Shown here in pieces: positions 33,248 through 45,467 of a stretch of 64,000 nucleotides of DNA. How positions within the stretch are numbered: the first letter of the stretch is position 1; each line of letters opens with the position of its first letter. This DNA comes from Rhizodiscina lignyota. Taxonomy: Eukaryota. The position numbers were made by a program, and so were the translations under genes. The notes below the pieces were generated by a model. It worked only from the letters and a program-made list of their open reading frames with translations, had not been told where the DNA came from and did not search any database. The DNA lies in contig ML978123.1 in assembly GCA_010015805.1 (NCBI GenBank), forward strand, positions 992,001 to 1,056,000. Reading direction: 5' to 3'.

Positions 33248-35230
33248 ATGGAGAAGGCGAAAGAGATGGCCGAAGCGCCAAAGGAGATTTCCAAGCGCGC
33301 CGCGGAAAAGGCAAAGAAGAAGCTCGAGAAAGCAGCAAAGAAGCAGGAATACGCCTCGCGACCCAAGCCTGATGCCGCCAGCACTCCTTCGAACGCCAAC
33401 CCCTCCTCGATGTTCGACGAAGGATGGCTGAAGCGAGTCTACGAGGAGAAGCCCGTCAAAGAAGTGCGCACTCGTTTCCCTCCAGAGCCCAATGGCTACC
33501 TCCACATCGGTCACGCAAAGGCGATCGCGGTGAACTTTGGTTTCGCGAAGCACTATAACGGCATATGTTTCCTACGGTTCGACGATACCAACCCGGAGAA
33601 GGAAGAAGAGGCGTACTTTACAAGCATACGAGAGATAGTGGCGTGGCTGGGCTTCAAGCCTCATCAGATCACGCATTCGAGTGATCATTTCGACAGACTT
33701 TACGAGCTGGCGGAGGAGTTGATACGGCGGGATAAGGCGTATGTGTGTCACTGCACGAAGGAGGAGGTGAATCTTCAGAGAGGAGGGCCGGACAATAGGG
33801 GCAAGAGATTTGGGTGTGCGCATCGTGATCGCCCAATCGAAGAGAGCATCACGGAGTTTCGAAATATGCGCGACGGGAAATACGCTGCGGGCGAGGCGCA
33901 TCTGAGGATGAAGCAGAGCCTGACGGATCCGAACGAGGGCAATCCACAGATGTGGGATTTGGCGGCATATCGCGTGACTAAGAACAAGGAGCACGCGAGG
34001 ACGGGTAACAAGTGGAAGATATACCCTACCTACGACTTCACGCACTGCCTATGCGACTCGTTCGAGGATATCTCGCATTCGCTGTGCACCACAGAGTTCT
34101 TCCTCAGCAGGACATCGTACGACTGGCTTCTAGAGGTTCTGGACATCAAGAAACCCAAATCAGACGAGAAGGGCCCGATGCAGCGCGAGTATGGCCGGTT
34201 GAATGTTGCAGGAACGATTCTGTCGAAGCGTCGCATCCAGCAGCTTGTGCAGGGCCATAGTGTGAAGGACCCGAACGATCCTGAGAAGACCATTAAAACC
34301 ATACCACCGGCTGTAAGAGGCTGGGACGATCCACGATTGTTCACGCTTGTGGCATTGAGGCGTCGCGGCATACCTGCGCCTGCGCTGTTATCATTCGTGT
34401 CTGAGCTAGGTGTCACCGATGCTCTGACGAACATCCAGATCGTCAGATTCGAGGCCGCAATAAGGAAATATCTGGAGCGCACAGTGCCACGTTTGATGTT
34501 GGTGCTTGATCCGATTTTGGTGGTCATTGAGGACTTGCCTGAGGACTATGAAGAGGTCTTGACCGTACCATTTGACCCAAAGAAGCCCGACGGCGACAGC
34601 AGAAAAGTCCCCATTTCTCGAAAGATATACATCGACCGCGCAGATTTCCGGGAAGAAGACGACCCGAACTTCTTCCGCCTCGCGCCCGGTAAGACTGTTG
34701 GTCTACTGAATGCACCATTCCTAATCAAAGCAACGTCATTTGAGAAGGATGAGAACGGCAAAGTCACGACGATCAAAGCGACTAAGGTGCCGACAGAGGC
34801 CGAGAAGCCGAAGGCATTCATCCACTGGGTTGACGGAGCGTCAGGCATTGATGTCGTTGCTCGCCAGTATAACACCCTCTTCCTAAGCGATGAGCCGAAC
34901 ACACTGGACTGGAAAGAGGGTGGATATGCCGACAATTTCAATCCCAACTCCGAGGTGTCGTACAAGGAAGCGAAGGTTGAGAAGGCGCTTGGTGATTTAA
35001 TGAGCAAGCACAAAGTTACTCCTCAGCTTGCAGATGCAGAGGAAAAGAAGGGCGAGGAGGCGAATGGTGAGGAGAAGCAGGAGCACGGCATGGATAAGGA
35101 GAAGGCGTCAGATGATCTTGTACGCTTCCAGGCTGTGAGGACAGCGTACTTCTGTGTGGATCTAGAGAAAGAGGATGGGAAGGTTGTACTGAACCAGATC
35201 GTGACGCTGAAGGAGGATAAGGCGAAGTGA
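33248..35230 (+). CDS. GLN4: Glutaminyl-tRNA synthetase
   Basis: RTRFPPEPNGYLHIGHAK (HIGH), LRFDDTNPEKE, IYPTYDFTHCLCDS, SLCTTEF, LSKRRI, GWDDPRL, FFRLAPGK. Intronless; first plausible ATG is at 33248. Confidence 0.93.
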   Translation: MEKAKEMAEAPKEISKRAAEKAKKKLEKAAKKQEYASRPKPDAASTPSNANPSSMFDEGWLKRVYEEKPVKEVRTRFPPEPNGYLHIGHAKAIAVNFGFAKHYNGICFLRFDDTNPEKEEEAYFTSIREIVAWLGFKPHQITHSSDHFDRLYELAEELIRRDKAYVCHCTKEEVNLQRGGPDNRGKRFGCAHRDRPIEESITEFRNMRDGKYAAGEAHLRMKQSLTDPNEGNPQMWDLAAYRVTKNKEHARTGNKWKIYPTYDFTHCLCDSFEDISHSLCTTEFFLSRTSYDWLLEVLDIKKPKSDEKGPMQREYGRLNVAGTILSKRRIQQLVQGHSVKDPNDPEKTIKTIPPAVRGWDDPRLFTLVALRRRGIPAPALLSFVSELGVTDALTNIQIVRFEAAIRKYLERTVPRLMLVLDPILVVIEDLPEDYEEVLTVPFDPKKPDGDSRKVPISRKIYIDRADFREEDDPNFFRLAPGKTVGLLNAPFLIKATSFEKDENGKVTTIKATKVPTEAEKPKAFIHWVDGASGIDVVARQYNTLFLSDEPNTLDWKEGGYADNFNPNSEVSYKEAKVEKALGDLMSKHKVTPQLADAEEKKGEEANGEEKQEHGMDKEKASDDLVRFQAVRTAYFCVDLEKEDGKVVLNQIVTLKEDKAK

Positions 35231-35640
35231 GGTCTCTGATATTGATGAAATGTTGCATGGGTAAGGATTCGGAGAAGGCGTTTGGTGAGGGTGAGAGCAG
35301 CACCGTTAGGTATGAGCAACGCAATTGATGATAAAGATCTTTCGCATTCAGAAATGTTTTCAATTTTCCTGATGACGGTGCGCAACGTGGGCCAGAAGCC
35401 GTTGCAGAATTTATGCTGCCGAACGTTCCGGAAATAGCCCAAATACCGATCCAAGAACTGATAATGACAGGTTCATCGGCCATAATGGCATGACCTGTCC
35501 GTCGCTTGCGATTCCTAGGCTTAGCTACTGTATCGCGATATTGCCGCGGCCGTTTTCTGGATGTTGCTCAATGTCGCACAACGCCACGATTGTCTGGCGA
35601 TGATATCAAGTAATCTTCGACGAATGTCTCTTCTCGATGA

Positions 35641-36167
35641 TCAACCTCCTCTTCCTCTACCTCTGCCACGCCCTCCACGCATACCGCCTCGTCCTCTGTC
35701 TCCTCTTCCGCCGTGGTGGTCGCCGCGCTGGTTGGAGCCGCCTCGTCCGCCGCGCGAGGCTTGATCGCGCTGCTGTTGTTCTTTAACTAGGTCGACGATT
35801 TCGTCTGGCACGCGAAGGTATTTGATCTGCGCAACTGTCTTAGTAAAATTTACTGGATAAACCCACGCGCGCAGTGGTTGACTGCGCCTCAGTCTCGCCC
35901 TGTATCTTGACAAACATACATTGTTTCCCCGCACATACACCTCTGGTAAGCGAAAGAAATGCTCTCCATCCGGCATTGTCTGCACGACTTCCTTCAGCGT
36001 GAGGTTCATCCAGGTGTCGCAGTTGACGAGGTGGCCATTGAGCGTCTCTCCATCCTTGAGCTCGACGAGCATTGGGTGGCCGATCGCGGCATTGAGGAGA
36101 CCTAAAGGGAGCTTTAAAATTCTTAGTGCGTCCGTTTGAGGCTTTGGATGTGTTTGAAACTCACCAT
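35641..36167 (-). CDS. LSM4: U6 snRNA-associated Sm-like protein Lsm4
   Basis: ATG-only first coding exon 36167-36165, intron 36164-36112, then [28 protein letters not shown]...VRGNN, intron 35919-35827, then IKYLRVPDE and an RGG-rich tail. Confidence 0.93.
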
Positions 36168-36811
36168 ATTTACGAGTGCCGAGGGATGGAGATCGGGTGC
36201 GATGTTTCGTGCGTAAGTTGACAAGCTTCTAAGCTAAACTGTGGATCGACGTCAAAGCGCGGTTGCCGATGGGCGGCCCGAGGAGTTGCCGTGCCGCGAG
36301 GTACCGGCTTAAAATAGTTTAGCGTTGGTTGTACCGTACTGCACTCATAGGCGTACATCCTCTCCATTTGATACATTATGCGTGTCAGAGCTGTGTATCT
36401 ATCATTATTACTGTCTAAAGTAAATCAAAATATGCTTTTAGAGGTGTCCTTGCATGCGCCAAAGAGCAAAAGCCTCTCATTCTGGGCCTGTTTTGTCACC
36501 GGTCAACATCGGAATCGGAGTCGAAGGAGTCGGTGATAAGTGGAAGAGGAAAGGCTCCGCTTGGAGCTGACGACAGCCCGCACGATCCTTCGACATCGGA
36601 AGGGCTGAGAGCGCTGCGGCCACTTTTCCTTTTGACCTCTTGCTCACACGACTCGCTGCGCGGCTGCCTAAAAAGTTGAAGCCCTCCCCCCATCTCTTCG
36701 CTCTCCACATCGTTCCTGAATTCTCAGGTCACGGTATGGGGTTCCTGCAGTAGGTTCCCGATTCAACATCTTTCCACTTGCAGTTTTTCTATGTCCATTT
36801 AGATCTACATT

Positions 36812-39006
36812 ATGCGCGCTGTATTAAAAGCTTGCTCGTCCCTCCTCATCCCTACCCTTCGTGCCATTGTTTCGGCCGGGGCTGTGCCAATTGCTGCGAC
36901 ACCACCCGCCGCTGACTCCCTCGAAGCGCTCCCTTTTCTCCTCGGTGCGTGATTCCCATTCCACCCGCTGTTGCTCTGAATCAACTCTGCGATCGCCGGC
37001 TGGAGCAGCGCGACTGACGCCGTTTTATAGACTCCGGTAGCGCGCAGGCAACCTTCGAAGTCCCGTGTGGAGGCTGTCTTGGCGGCTCTGATGACGACGC
37101 TCTTGTAAGCTGCAGCTCCAGTCCAAGAATAGCAGGGCTTGAGAGCAAATATCTGATCATGCCCTCGGTGCTTCTCTAGTCCTTTGATTTTCAGGCATAT
37201 CCTTCGGAGCAGCCTTGTGGCACCTCCAACCTTACGCTAAACGGCGAGCCCCTCGCCCAGCACTGGTCCAACACTCGTGGGACCGGACACGGCACAGTCA
37301 CCTCCAACTCCCACAACCTCGAACTCACCTGGGAATCGAACTGCCTCTTCGACGAAGCCGCGGCTCCGCCGCATGGCAGCAGCGACGGCGGCAGAGACAC
37401 CGCCCAGGTTCTGACTGTTACCGTCCAGAAGGTTGATGATCGTGCACCACTGTCGCTATCCGGGTTTACAGTCTCCTTCAACCAGCTTCCACATCCACAT
37501 CCACAGTTGCTTCGCCTTGATCTAGCTCCTGTCTCCCCTGCTCCTGTTCACCCTTCTGAAGAGTGGAGGGCTCCCACACCACCCGATTATCCTCTCTTCG
37601 AACCTCCATTCGTTTCGCACAACCCGCCAGCTATCCCCAACGTTAATCAAAAGGCACTTCAACGGGCACTCCGGAAGCTTGAGAAGCTCGAACACCGGCA
37701 CGAAAAACTTAACAGAAAAATCGAAAAGCAAAAGAAGCTCATTGAGTCAAAGCTTAGCCACACAGACGTCGACATTAGCGACGAAATACGCAACTGTGAG
37801 ACCTTCCTCTGTCGGGTGTTCGCAATCAGCCATCACATCCACGACACCATCTCCGATCGTGTCACTTCTATATACTCGTCGCTCCACCAGCCTCATCATC
37901 TCGATCGTCCTCCTTTCCGTCCAGCCGCAGGCGGCAATCAGCGTCCCACCATGATCGACCATGATCACCACCTCTCCCAGTCTCACCCTCATATGTCCAT
38001 GATTCCAAACATCGAACGACCCCCACCGGCACACATCCACGGGGCTTCTCGGCCAGACGGCTATTCCACCCTTCCCGACGATGTCGAGTCAGGCCCAACC
38101 CCACCAAAATTTAGACGTCCTCATCGAAGACACCCCATAGTTGCCGCGATACACTTCATCCTTGTCATCCTCGGCCTTGCAGCTCTCTTTGCATTCGTTC
38201 GACGACGCTGTGCTTCCCTGCGCACCAGGACGGACCGCGCTGCTGCAAGAGAAGAACGAAGGAACAGGCGCGCCTACAAGCGTGCTGCAAGAAGAGCAGC
38301 ATTTAAGAACTGGTGGAAATCAAGCTGGGGAAGACGAAAGGATGCCGAGAGACGCATGGACTATGAAGAAAAGAGAGCATTGGTCCTGCAAGGTGAAGGC
38401 AGACTAGAAGACGCTATGCAAAACGAAATCAGCGAGCTTAGACGCGCCCACGACGTAGTAGACGCTCTCGTTCGTGCCGAGGAGGGAAGGGGTACAGTTG
38501 CTAGGCCTGTCTTCGTTGGGCACAGAATGCCCGGAATGGCCAGCATTGCCGGAGTCATGATGGGCGGCGAGCATGTGCCTGCACACTTGCAATATCACGG
38601 ATCCTCCAGTTCGGAAGATGAGACGCTTGTCAACACTCCACCGTCGTCGGCAGGCCATCCCCTCTCACGCACCAATTCGCTACCATCCTATCAGACCGAT
38701 CCTGACACTGATAACGAGAGTCGATATTCCTCGGACAATCCACCAAGTTATCGGACTGACGATGATACGGACTCCGACTCCGATGTCGATTCTACTTCGA
38801 ATTCCGGCAACAGCAACGTTAATAGCGGAAGAAGAAGAGTAGGTGCAGAAATTGTTGTCACAAATGGCTTCAATCACTATGCTCCAAGCGAGTACGCTCC
38901 AAGCTTACTGTCACCTACCGACAGCGCAAGCATCTTCACGCCGGATAGTAGTATTCCGGACGTGAGTCCTAGAGAGAGTGCGGAGACCGTGAGAACGTTC
39001 ATGTAA
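36812..39006 (+). CDS. Hypothetical type I membrane protein (signal peptide, Cys-containing ectodomain, coiled coil, TM, disordered tail)
   Basis: Exons ~36812-36943, 37031-37104, 37180-39006 join in frame. VPCGGC and CGTSNLTLNG in the ectodomain, TM IVAAIHFILVILGLAALFAFV, then REERRNRRAYKRAARR, DYEEKR and an SLPSY motif. Confidence 0.75.
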
Positions 39007-39461
39007 AACGCTTTCATATTTCGATCATTTCTGCTCGGCAACCTTCTTTCTCTCATGTTAACACCTAGGGTTATGGAGTTCGGGTTTCTTCTCGGTTCTA
39101 GGCGGGGATGGGATGGGTTTACGCTTCATGGCATATTGATTTTTATTTTTATTTTTATTTTGTCATCGCTGCTGCATTCACCGGTCTTTTGAGTATTCAA
39201 GACGCAGGATACAAGCCTTCGCAAAAATAAGAGCGGGCTCTAATACATGTACCAAATGCACATACCAATTTTATACTGTCCAAGAAACTTGTTTTACATT
39301 GAACGCATTACTTGTCCTGGAGCCCTTGCCTTACCCCAGTTCCCAACGCCTTTTAATGAGTCCTTCCTTGATTACTCCAGGCTCAGAGTTATTTCCAAGC
39401 AGTGTATTTCACCTTCACTTTGCCTGTGCCATCCACAATCCCATCTCTGCTTCAAGTTCCC

Positions 39462-41797
39462 TCAGCCTTGCACAACAGCAGGACTCACCTTCCTCCCCCT
39501 CATCCCCCAACCGCCACCAAACCCAAACCCACCACCCCTCCCCTCCTCCGCAATCTTCCCGCTAACATCCCTCCTCCGTCCCCCAGATGCACCCACACCC
39601 AAAACGTCTACACCCTCATACTCCACCCCACTCCGACTGATGACCCTCGTCGGCGTACCTCTCTCCCTCTCCATCTCATGCCCCTTCCCATTCATATACG
39701 AACCCGCCGGACTGCCAGTCCCAGCATATGAGTTCCTCGCCGCAGAGCCCCACCCACCCTGCTGCAGATACGGGCTCCGGTCCGTAGAATACAGGTTCGG
39801 ATTCGCGGCCTCGGCGACCGAGTTCCTGCTGCGCGCGCTGCCTGTCCCGCTCAGCGATGGCGAGGCGGTGTAGTCGTACGCTGCTGCGAGCCCGGCGCCC
39901 AGCCAGCTGCGTGGCCGCTTATCCTCCTTCTTCGACGCGGGGGAATGCCGCGGGACGTCGGGCGGCGGCGCGGCGAAATCGTAGGAGGATGGCGAGGGCG
40001 GGCCGATGGGCGAGTTGCCGCGCATGATGGAGCGCGTCGCCGTAGCCAGGTCGCCGTAGTACCGTCCCTTTGGGGTGCTGTTGCGGCCGTGCGTGTGCGC
40101 GGGTACAATTGGCGCTGGCGCAGCATCGTCGGCGGTGCTGTTGCTGTAGTGCGAGCCGGAGTCGATGGAGAGTTCGTCGGCGTCTTTGTCCTTGGGCAAG
40201 GGTTGCAAGGGCGCTGGATACATTGGCGAGGGAGGGTTCATGCCTAGTGGACGCATAGGAGGGGGAGAGGTGTCGATATGGGTTTGGGGGACGGGCTGGT
40301 AGCTGTGTGGACGGCGGACGGTGCCGCTGGTGTAGAGGTTGAGCGAGTTGGAGTCGTCTTCGAAGTCGTATTGACTCTTGGAACGGCTGTGGGTTGGCCT
40401 GCCACCGCTCTTGCTGCTCTGGAAGCTGCTGGTTGAGTCCTTCTCGACTACGAACCAGTTGTCGCTCTTTGGGTCATCCATGATTGGCGAGACTGGCGAG
40501 TCGGCTTGCCGTGTGTTGGGCCTATTGTTCGGAGTCGACATGGCAGACACGAAGGAGTTGGCAGAGTCGCGTGCAGTGATCGGACGAGGTAGGGCAAGAG
40601 ATGCAGATGAGTTTTGCACCAACGAAGCTCGATGCTCAGCCAATGTAGGCTCCCGTACCGACTTGGTATCGACATGAGATGCGCGGGACGACATTGGCTG
40701 TTGATACATGCTTCGCTTCTCTTCATTATCCAGTGCTACGCGAGAGAGCCTGGCGGTCCTGGGATTATGTGGATTGAAGGTGGTATTCGAGTCATTGCGG
40801 GTGTGGAAGAACGATATGTTCCTCGCCGCAACATCTGGAAGCAGTGGCTCCCGCGACTTGGAATTGCGGTCTGGGCTAGGATGAGTGACAGTAAGAGAGC
40901 TATCGGACATAGCGCTAGCTCTCTTAATGTCAGATGATTCCGAGACAGCAAGTGTAGCATTCGAATCCTTGTACTTGTGCTTGCTCTTGTTCTTCTTTGG
41001 CCGCTTCGTCAAGTTGTCTTCCAGAGGGTTCATGTCCGGTGGCAGTCTTGCGATCTTCCTGAAGATGATTACGAGGTACAGATCCATGATCAAGCTGATG
41101 AAGTGCAGTCCTGCCATTACAGCGCCAAGAAGCCATAATGCGAGGAAGATGGTATCTGTAGTTTGCTTGCTGCTGAAGAATGTCCGCCATCGTCCGCTTG
41201 TGCCGGGTTTCTGCAGGTAGTTGTTATTCGCCAGCATAGCAGTGAAGACATAGAACGGAATTGATCCAGTGTCGACGAAACATGCGAAGAAATGGTAGCT
41301 TGCAGAGCTCGTTGGCGTTCGTCCTTTCGCAGGGCGGAAGAGATGGTATATCGCATAAAGGATCGAAAGGATGTCTACTCCAGGCTATAAATTCTGTTAG
41401 TTGGGCTCCAATTGTTGGAACTGAGACTTCTCACCGGAATTCTAATGATCCATCCCTCAGTATTTTGCGTGCCCTTTACACAGATGGCAGCAATCAACGT
41501 TCCAACAGCACCAACGAGCTGCACAGCCCTGAAGACCAATTGTATCCATCGAACCCACTTAATACCACCTTTGGTCCTCTTGCTCATCGGCTTCGCGTCG
41601 ACGTTTCCATACGGCACAATCAGATAGCTATCGGGGTGCTTGTTGAAATCGACCGATGGCTCCAGCAATGGCCCCTCCTTCTTTGGCTTTGGGGGAGGTG
41701 CAGGTTGCCATGACTTTCGAGTGAACGCGCGAGGGTCGAATGTGTCCACGCTTGGCGGAGGGTCGTACATATAAGGCTGTTGGGAGTCTCTTCCCAT
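39462..41797 (-). CDS. Conserved-looking fungal multi-pass membrane protein with long disordered C-terminus
   Basis: MGRDSQQPYMYDPP...FDPRAFTRKSW...DFNKHPDSY, about 4 TM helices, intron ~41434-41387, then IFRKIARLPPDMNPLEDNLT and a Ser/Pro/Gly-rich tail. Confidence 0.8.
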
Positions 41798-42322
41798 TGT
41801 TAAGGTCCCACTATTACATCCACGTCTTAGCTCAAGCTCGATTGCTGATCCCCACCAGGAAGCTTGACAAGCTAGAGCTGCAGAGCGAGCGAGCGTTGGA
41901 ATGAACGACGATTGCTTCTTCGTGCGAAAGCACGGACACGCAATTCAAAGAGTGACGACGAGGAATGCAGAAGTCAAGATGAGCAGCGAAGACCCTTCTG
42001 ACGAGGATGATGTGGGTTTGGAATGGAAGTGTGGGTGGAGACTGGGATTGGACGGACGGTGGGGAGAGTTTATGATCTGCGGTTGGGCATTCGTTGGCCC
42101 GGCAACAATCTCGATAAACCGTTCTTGGCCGAACGTGGTATCTAAATTTAGCTGAAAGGAAAAGGAGAATTATATCATTAATGCCTCCATGGCAATGGAA
42201 AACATGCGAACAGATCAAAAACAATCGTCAAATGCATCCCCAGCAGTGTCGCATATCTTCCGTGTTACCCCGACGAGCCTCTAAGTGATATCAAGTGATC
42301 AAAAGATGGATCCGAGCGACTT

Positions 42323-44565
42323 TCACGGAAGTTCAGTCGCCTGAACGCTAGGAAAGCTCGAATGCCGGACATTCTTGATTCCATTCGACAAGGAGAATCG
42401 TCCTGAAAGCTTATCTGTACTCTTGTTGCCGAACGAGAACGGTGGTGGTGTTGGGACCGGGTTCACGTAGATCGCGCTGTCCGACGACGACGGGTCGGGA
42501 GCAGAGACGGGTTGCCACTCGACTCTGATGGGCTGATCTCTATTCAATTTTTGGCCGTCAAACCCTGTGAGGGGATGAGAGGTAAGCATGGTGATAGACG
42601 ACGTCTGAGTATGCCACCGGGAACTCACATAGTTCAAAGCGCAGATCGGCAGGACCAAGGACAGTTCGAATTTCGTAGTCCATGCGACTGTATTTCTTGC
42701 CGGTGCTCCACCAGTGTCTATTTTTCCTCTTAAACTTCGTGTCGTCGATACCGGCAAAGTTTGACTCGAGCTCGCACAGGACCTCAGCATCTGCACTTAG
42801 AGTATCAGCATCTTTCCGGCGAGAGACATCGGCTGAAGGAGAATACCAACCATTATTGACTTGTAAAGGAAGCAGGTTCTTGTCAAGGTTCGTGGAGATG
42901 ATACTGGTCGTGGATGACATTGTGATATCACCGGGAAGCATCTTACGACTGAACCTATGAACTATCGGTACGTCCACATTAATAGGTTCGCCCTGTATCT
43001 GTCAGTCTTTGTCTGCTCGTCCGTATGATTTACTGACTTTCTTAATGAACCAGGCAATAGCCTCATCTAGGTAATATTTGTTGTTCAACGGGTCCTTAAG
43101 CGCTTGTCGATTATAGTGCTCCGGATTTTCCTTATCATAAGGTATCCTGCAGCGGGTGCCGTATGATGCTCGAGCACAACGCCATCCGAGGACAGCTTTA
43201 CCGCTCTGAAGCTTGCGAACTCGGTCGATAACAACGCCTTTGCAGACAGCCAGTTGCGGATCCGGAGCAACATGGATTTGGATGTCACGAGCACAAGCGA
43301 ATGTACTCTTTCCGAGCGCATACCGGTCTCCCAGTCTCTTTTGAACGTATGCGGAGTTGCCGAGGCCGCCAGAAAGAACAAGGTGAGATATTGTGTCTCT
43401 TGGCCATTTCTGCTCGAACGATTGAAGTTGCTTGTCAATTTCTGCGAAAAGTCTCTGGATCTGAGAATCGAACATTCCTTGAAGCTCGTTCGAAGTAAAA
43501 GTCATCGCGCTTCTCGAGACACCGAACTGCGGATTATTGAAAGAAGAATTGAGCCCAGGGACCGGGATAGAGAACATCGGTGTCGTATCTGGAGAGCCGA
43601 AATCGCATTTCGTGCTCTGAAATTCCCGCGTCTTCATCATACTCCATGCCGCTTCGACTGGATCGATTCCAAGGTTGTACATTTCGTTCACTTGATGGAG
43701 GCGGGAATGACAGTGGTCTTCAAACTGTCTGTCGATATGTACCGAGCCAATATTCTTGCCCACGACGACATCCAGTTGTTGGAGGGTCAGAGCTCCTTTA
43801 TGGGCGCCGACGATGCGCAACACGGAGAAGTCAGTGGTGCCACCTCCAGCATCGCAGACTAGTAATGCTTCGCTTTCCTGAAAAATACCCGGTGCGTCTG
43901 AAGAAGTATGTACTGCAGCAGCTTCTGGCTCAGTAAGACCGAGGTCGATGGAATGTGTGGGATGTTGTCCATATCCCGCTCTCTCGACAATAGTTCGGAA
44001 CTTCTCCACAGTGGGATACGGTTGCCATGTTGTTGGCAGACTGAAGATAAATTCCACCATTGCGTGCTCCCAAGGCTTGTTATTTGGTAGTTCGGAACCC
44101 AACTTGAGTTGAATGTGCTGGTACAGCAGCCGCAGGTAGTCCTCGTACCATTTGTCGACTTCTTCCTGCGACCTCGGAGCATTCTCTAGGTCTCTCATTT
44201 GCGCGTCCTGAAGCACATTCGGGTCCAGGTATGTCTTGAACCATTCCCAGTAGTCCTTGTTTTCATCGTCCTTCTCTGCTTGATTCTCCGATCCGAATCC
44301 CCACGATGATGGCTGCGTCGAACCTTTCGGGTAGCAGATGATCGTTGGGACCTTGTTCTCATTTGCCTGGCCTCTGTGCGGCCATCTTGCAATCCATTTG
44401 ACGGTGTCACCTCGAGTTAGGTTGGCATACGCGACTCCGGTACCTGTTAATTATACGTCAGAGCTTGTACTCTTGTGCAATGGAATGTTTGAGAGCTTCT
44501 ACGAAGCACAGATACATACAGGTCATGCCAAAGTCTATACCGACGACGAGATCTGGTTTCTCCAT
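42323..44565 (-). CDS. Hsp70-like actin-fold ATPase (HSPA12-type, divergent), 4 exons
   Basis: MEKPDLVVGIDFGMT|CTGVAY (intron 44519-44444), IFSLPTTW, LTEPEAAAV, LLVCDAGGGTTD, LVLSGGLGNSAYV, DPQLAVCKG, RCARASYG. Further introns at ~43038-42993 and ~42629-42565. No EEVD terminus. Confidence 0.9.
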
Positions 44566-45467
44566 TTTTGCAACGGAGCGCGAGATAATTCGTTGTGAGG
44601 AATTTCAATCGCACGAAAGATCGGAGTGTATAATTTTGTACTAAATGAAAGACAGCGCGATGTTGGAGCGAGGTTACGCGCTTCACAGCCACGTGAGTGT
44701 GCAAGGCTGAACGAGGCTGGATCGCTCGCTGGGTCAGCGTCCCAACTTATCGGAGACTGTTTCACGATATGAAGGAATGGTTGGAGACAGGGGAGATCAA
44801 TCGGAATTCTTTCCTTGTCGTGTTAATTTGGCTAGATCAATATCGGTATGTCTCCATATCGATGCTACATTGAGTGGCCGCATTGTCTTTGAACGGCTCT
44901 AGAACTTGGCCCCCAACGCTAAGACTGGGGTAAGGAATACAGGAAGGAGTGAGAGGCGCAAATCTGCAATAAAAATCACAGCCATCTCGCTTCCGTTGCA
45001 GGAAGGTGCGCCGGGCGTCGATGGGCCTCCCTGGAACTCGCGCGGCTGCGTGCGTAACCTCCAACTCGTACGGCCGGTGAAAGGCTAATGTCTCGCCATT
45101 GGAGGCCCTCTGCAAAACAAGTGTGAAATTTATCCCACAAGCTAAGCAGAGCCGCAGCGTGGGTGTACCAAATCACCATTTCCGGTCCCTGCATTGCAGT
45201 TGGCAGCGCCACAATATCCAGCCTTGCGTGAGATCAACCAATCAAAATTCGACACTGACCCCCCGGCCTTCCAATTCCAGAGCAATGTAGACGGGGCGCA
45301 TCGGTGAATTTTTTTTTTAAAACTGAGTTTAGTCTCACAGCTGCTGCGGCACAGTAGGCGATGTCTTACTCTTCCCTCCGCGCAAAGCTTCGTGAGAAGT
45401 CGTTCAGCTTCATTTCAAGAGGAACACTCAACAACTTTTCATACGCAACCTCTCTTCAGATACAGTC

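Noticed and set aside
39139..39161. (TTTTTA)n run in the 3' UTR between convergent genes
   Set aside because: Ordinary low-complexity terminator-region tract.
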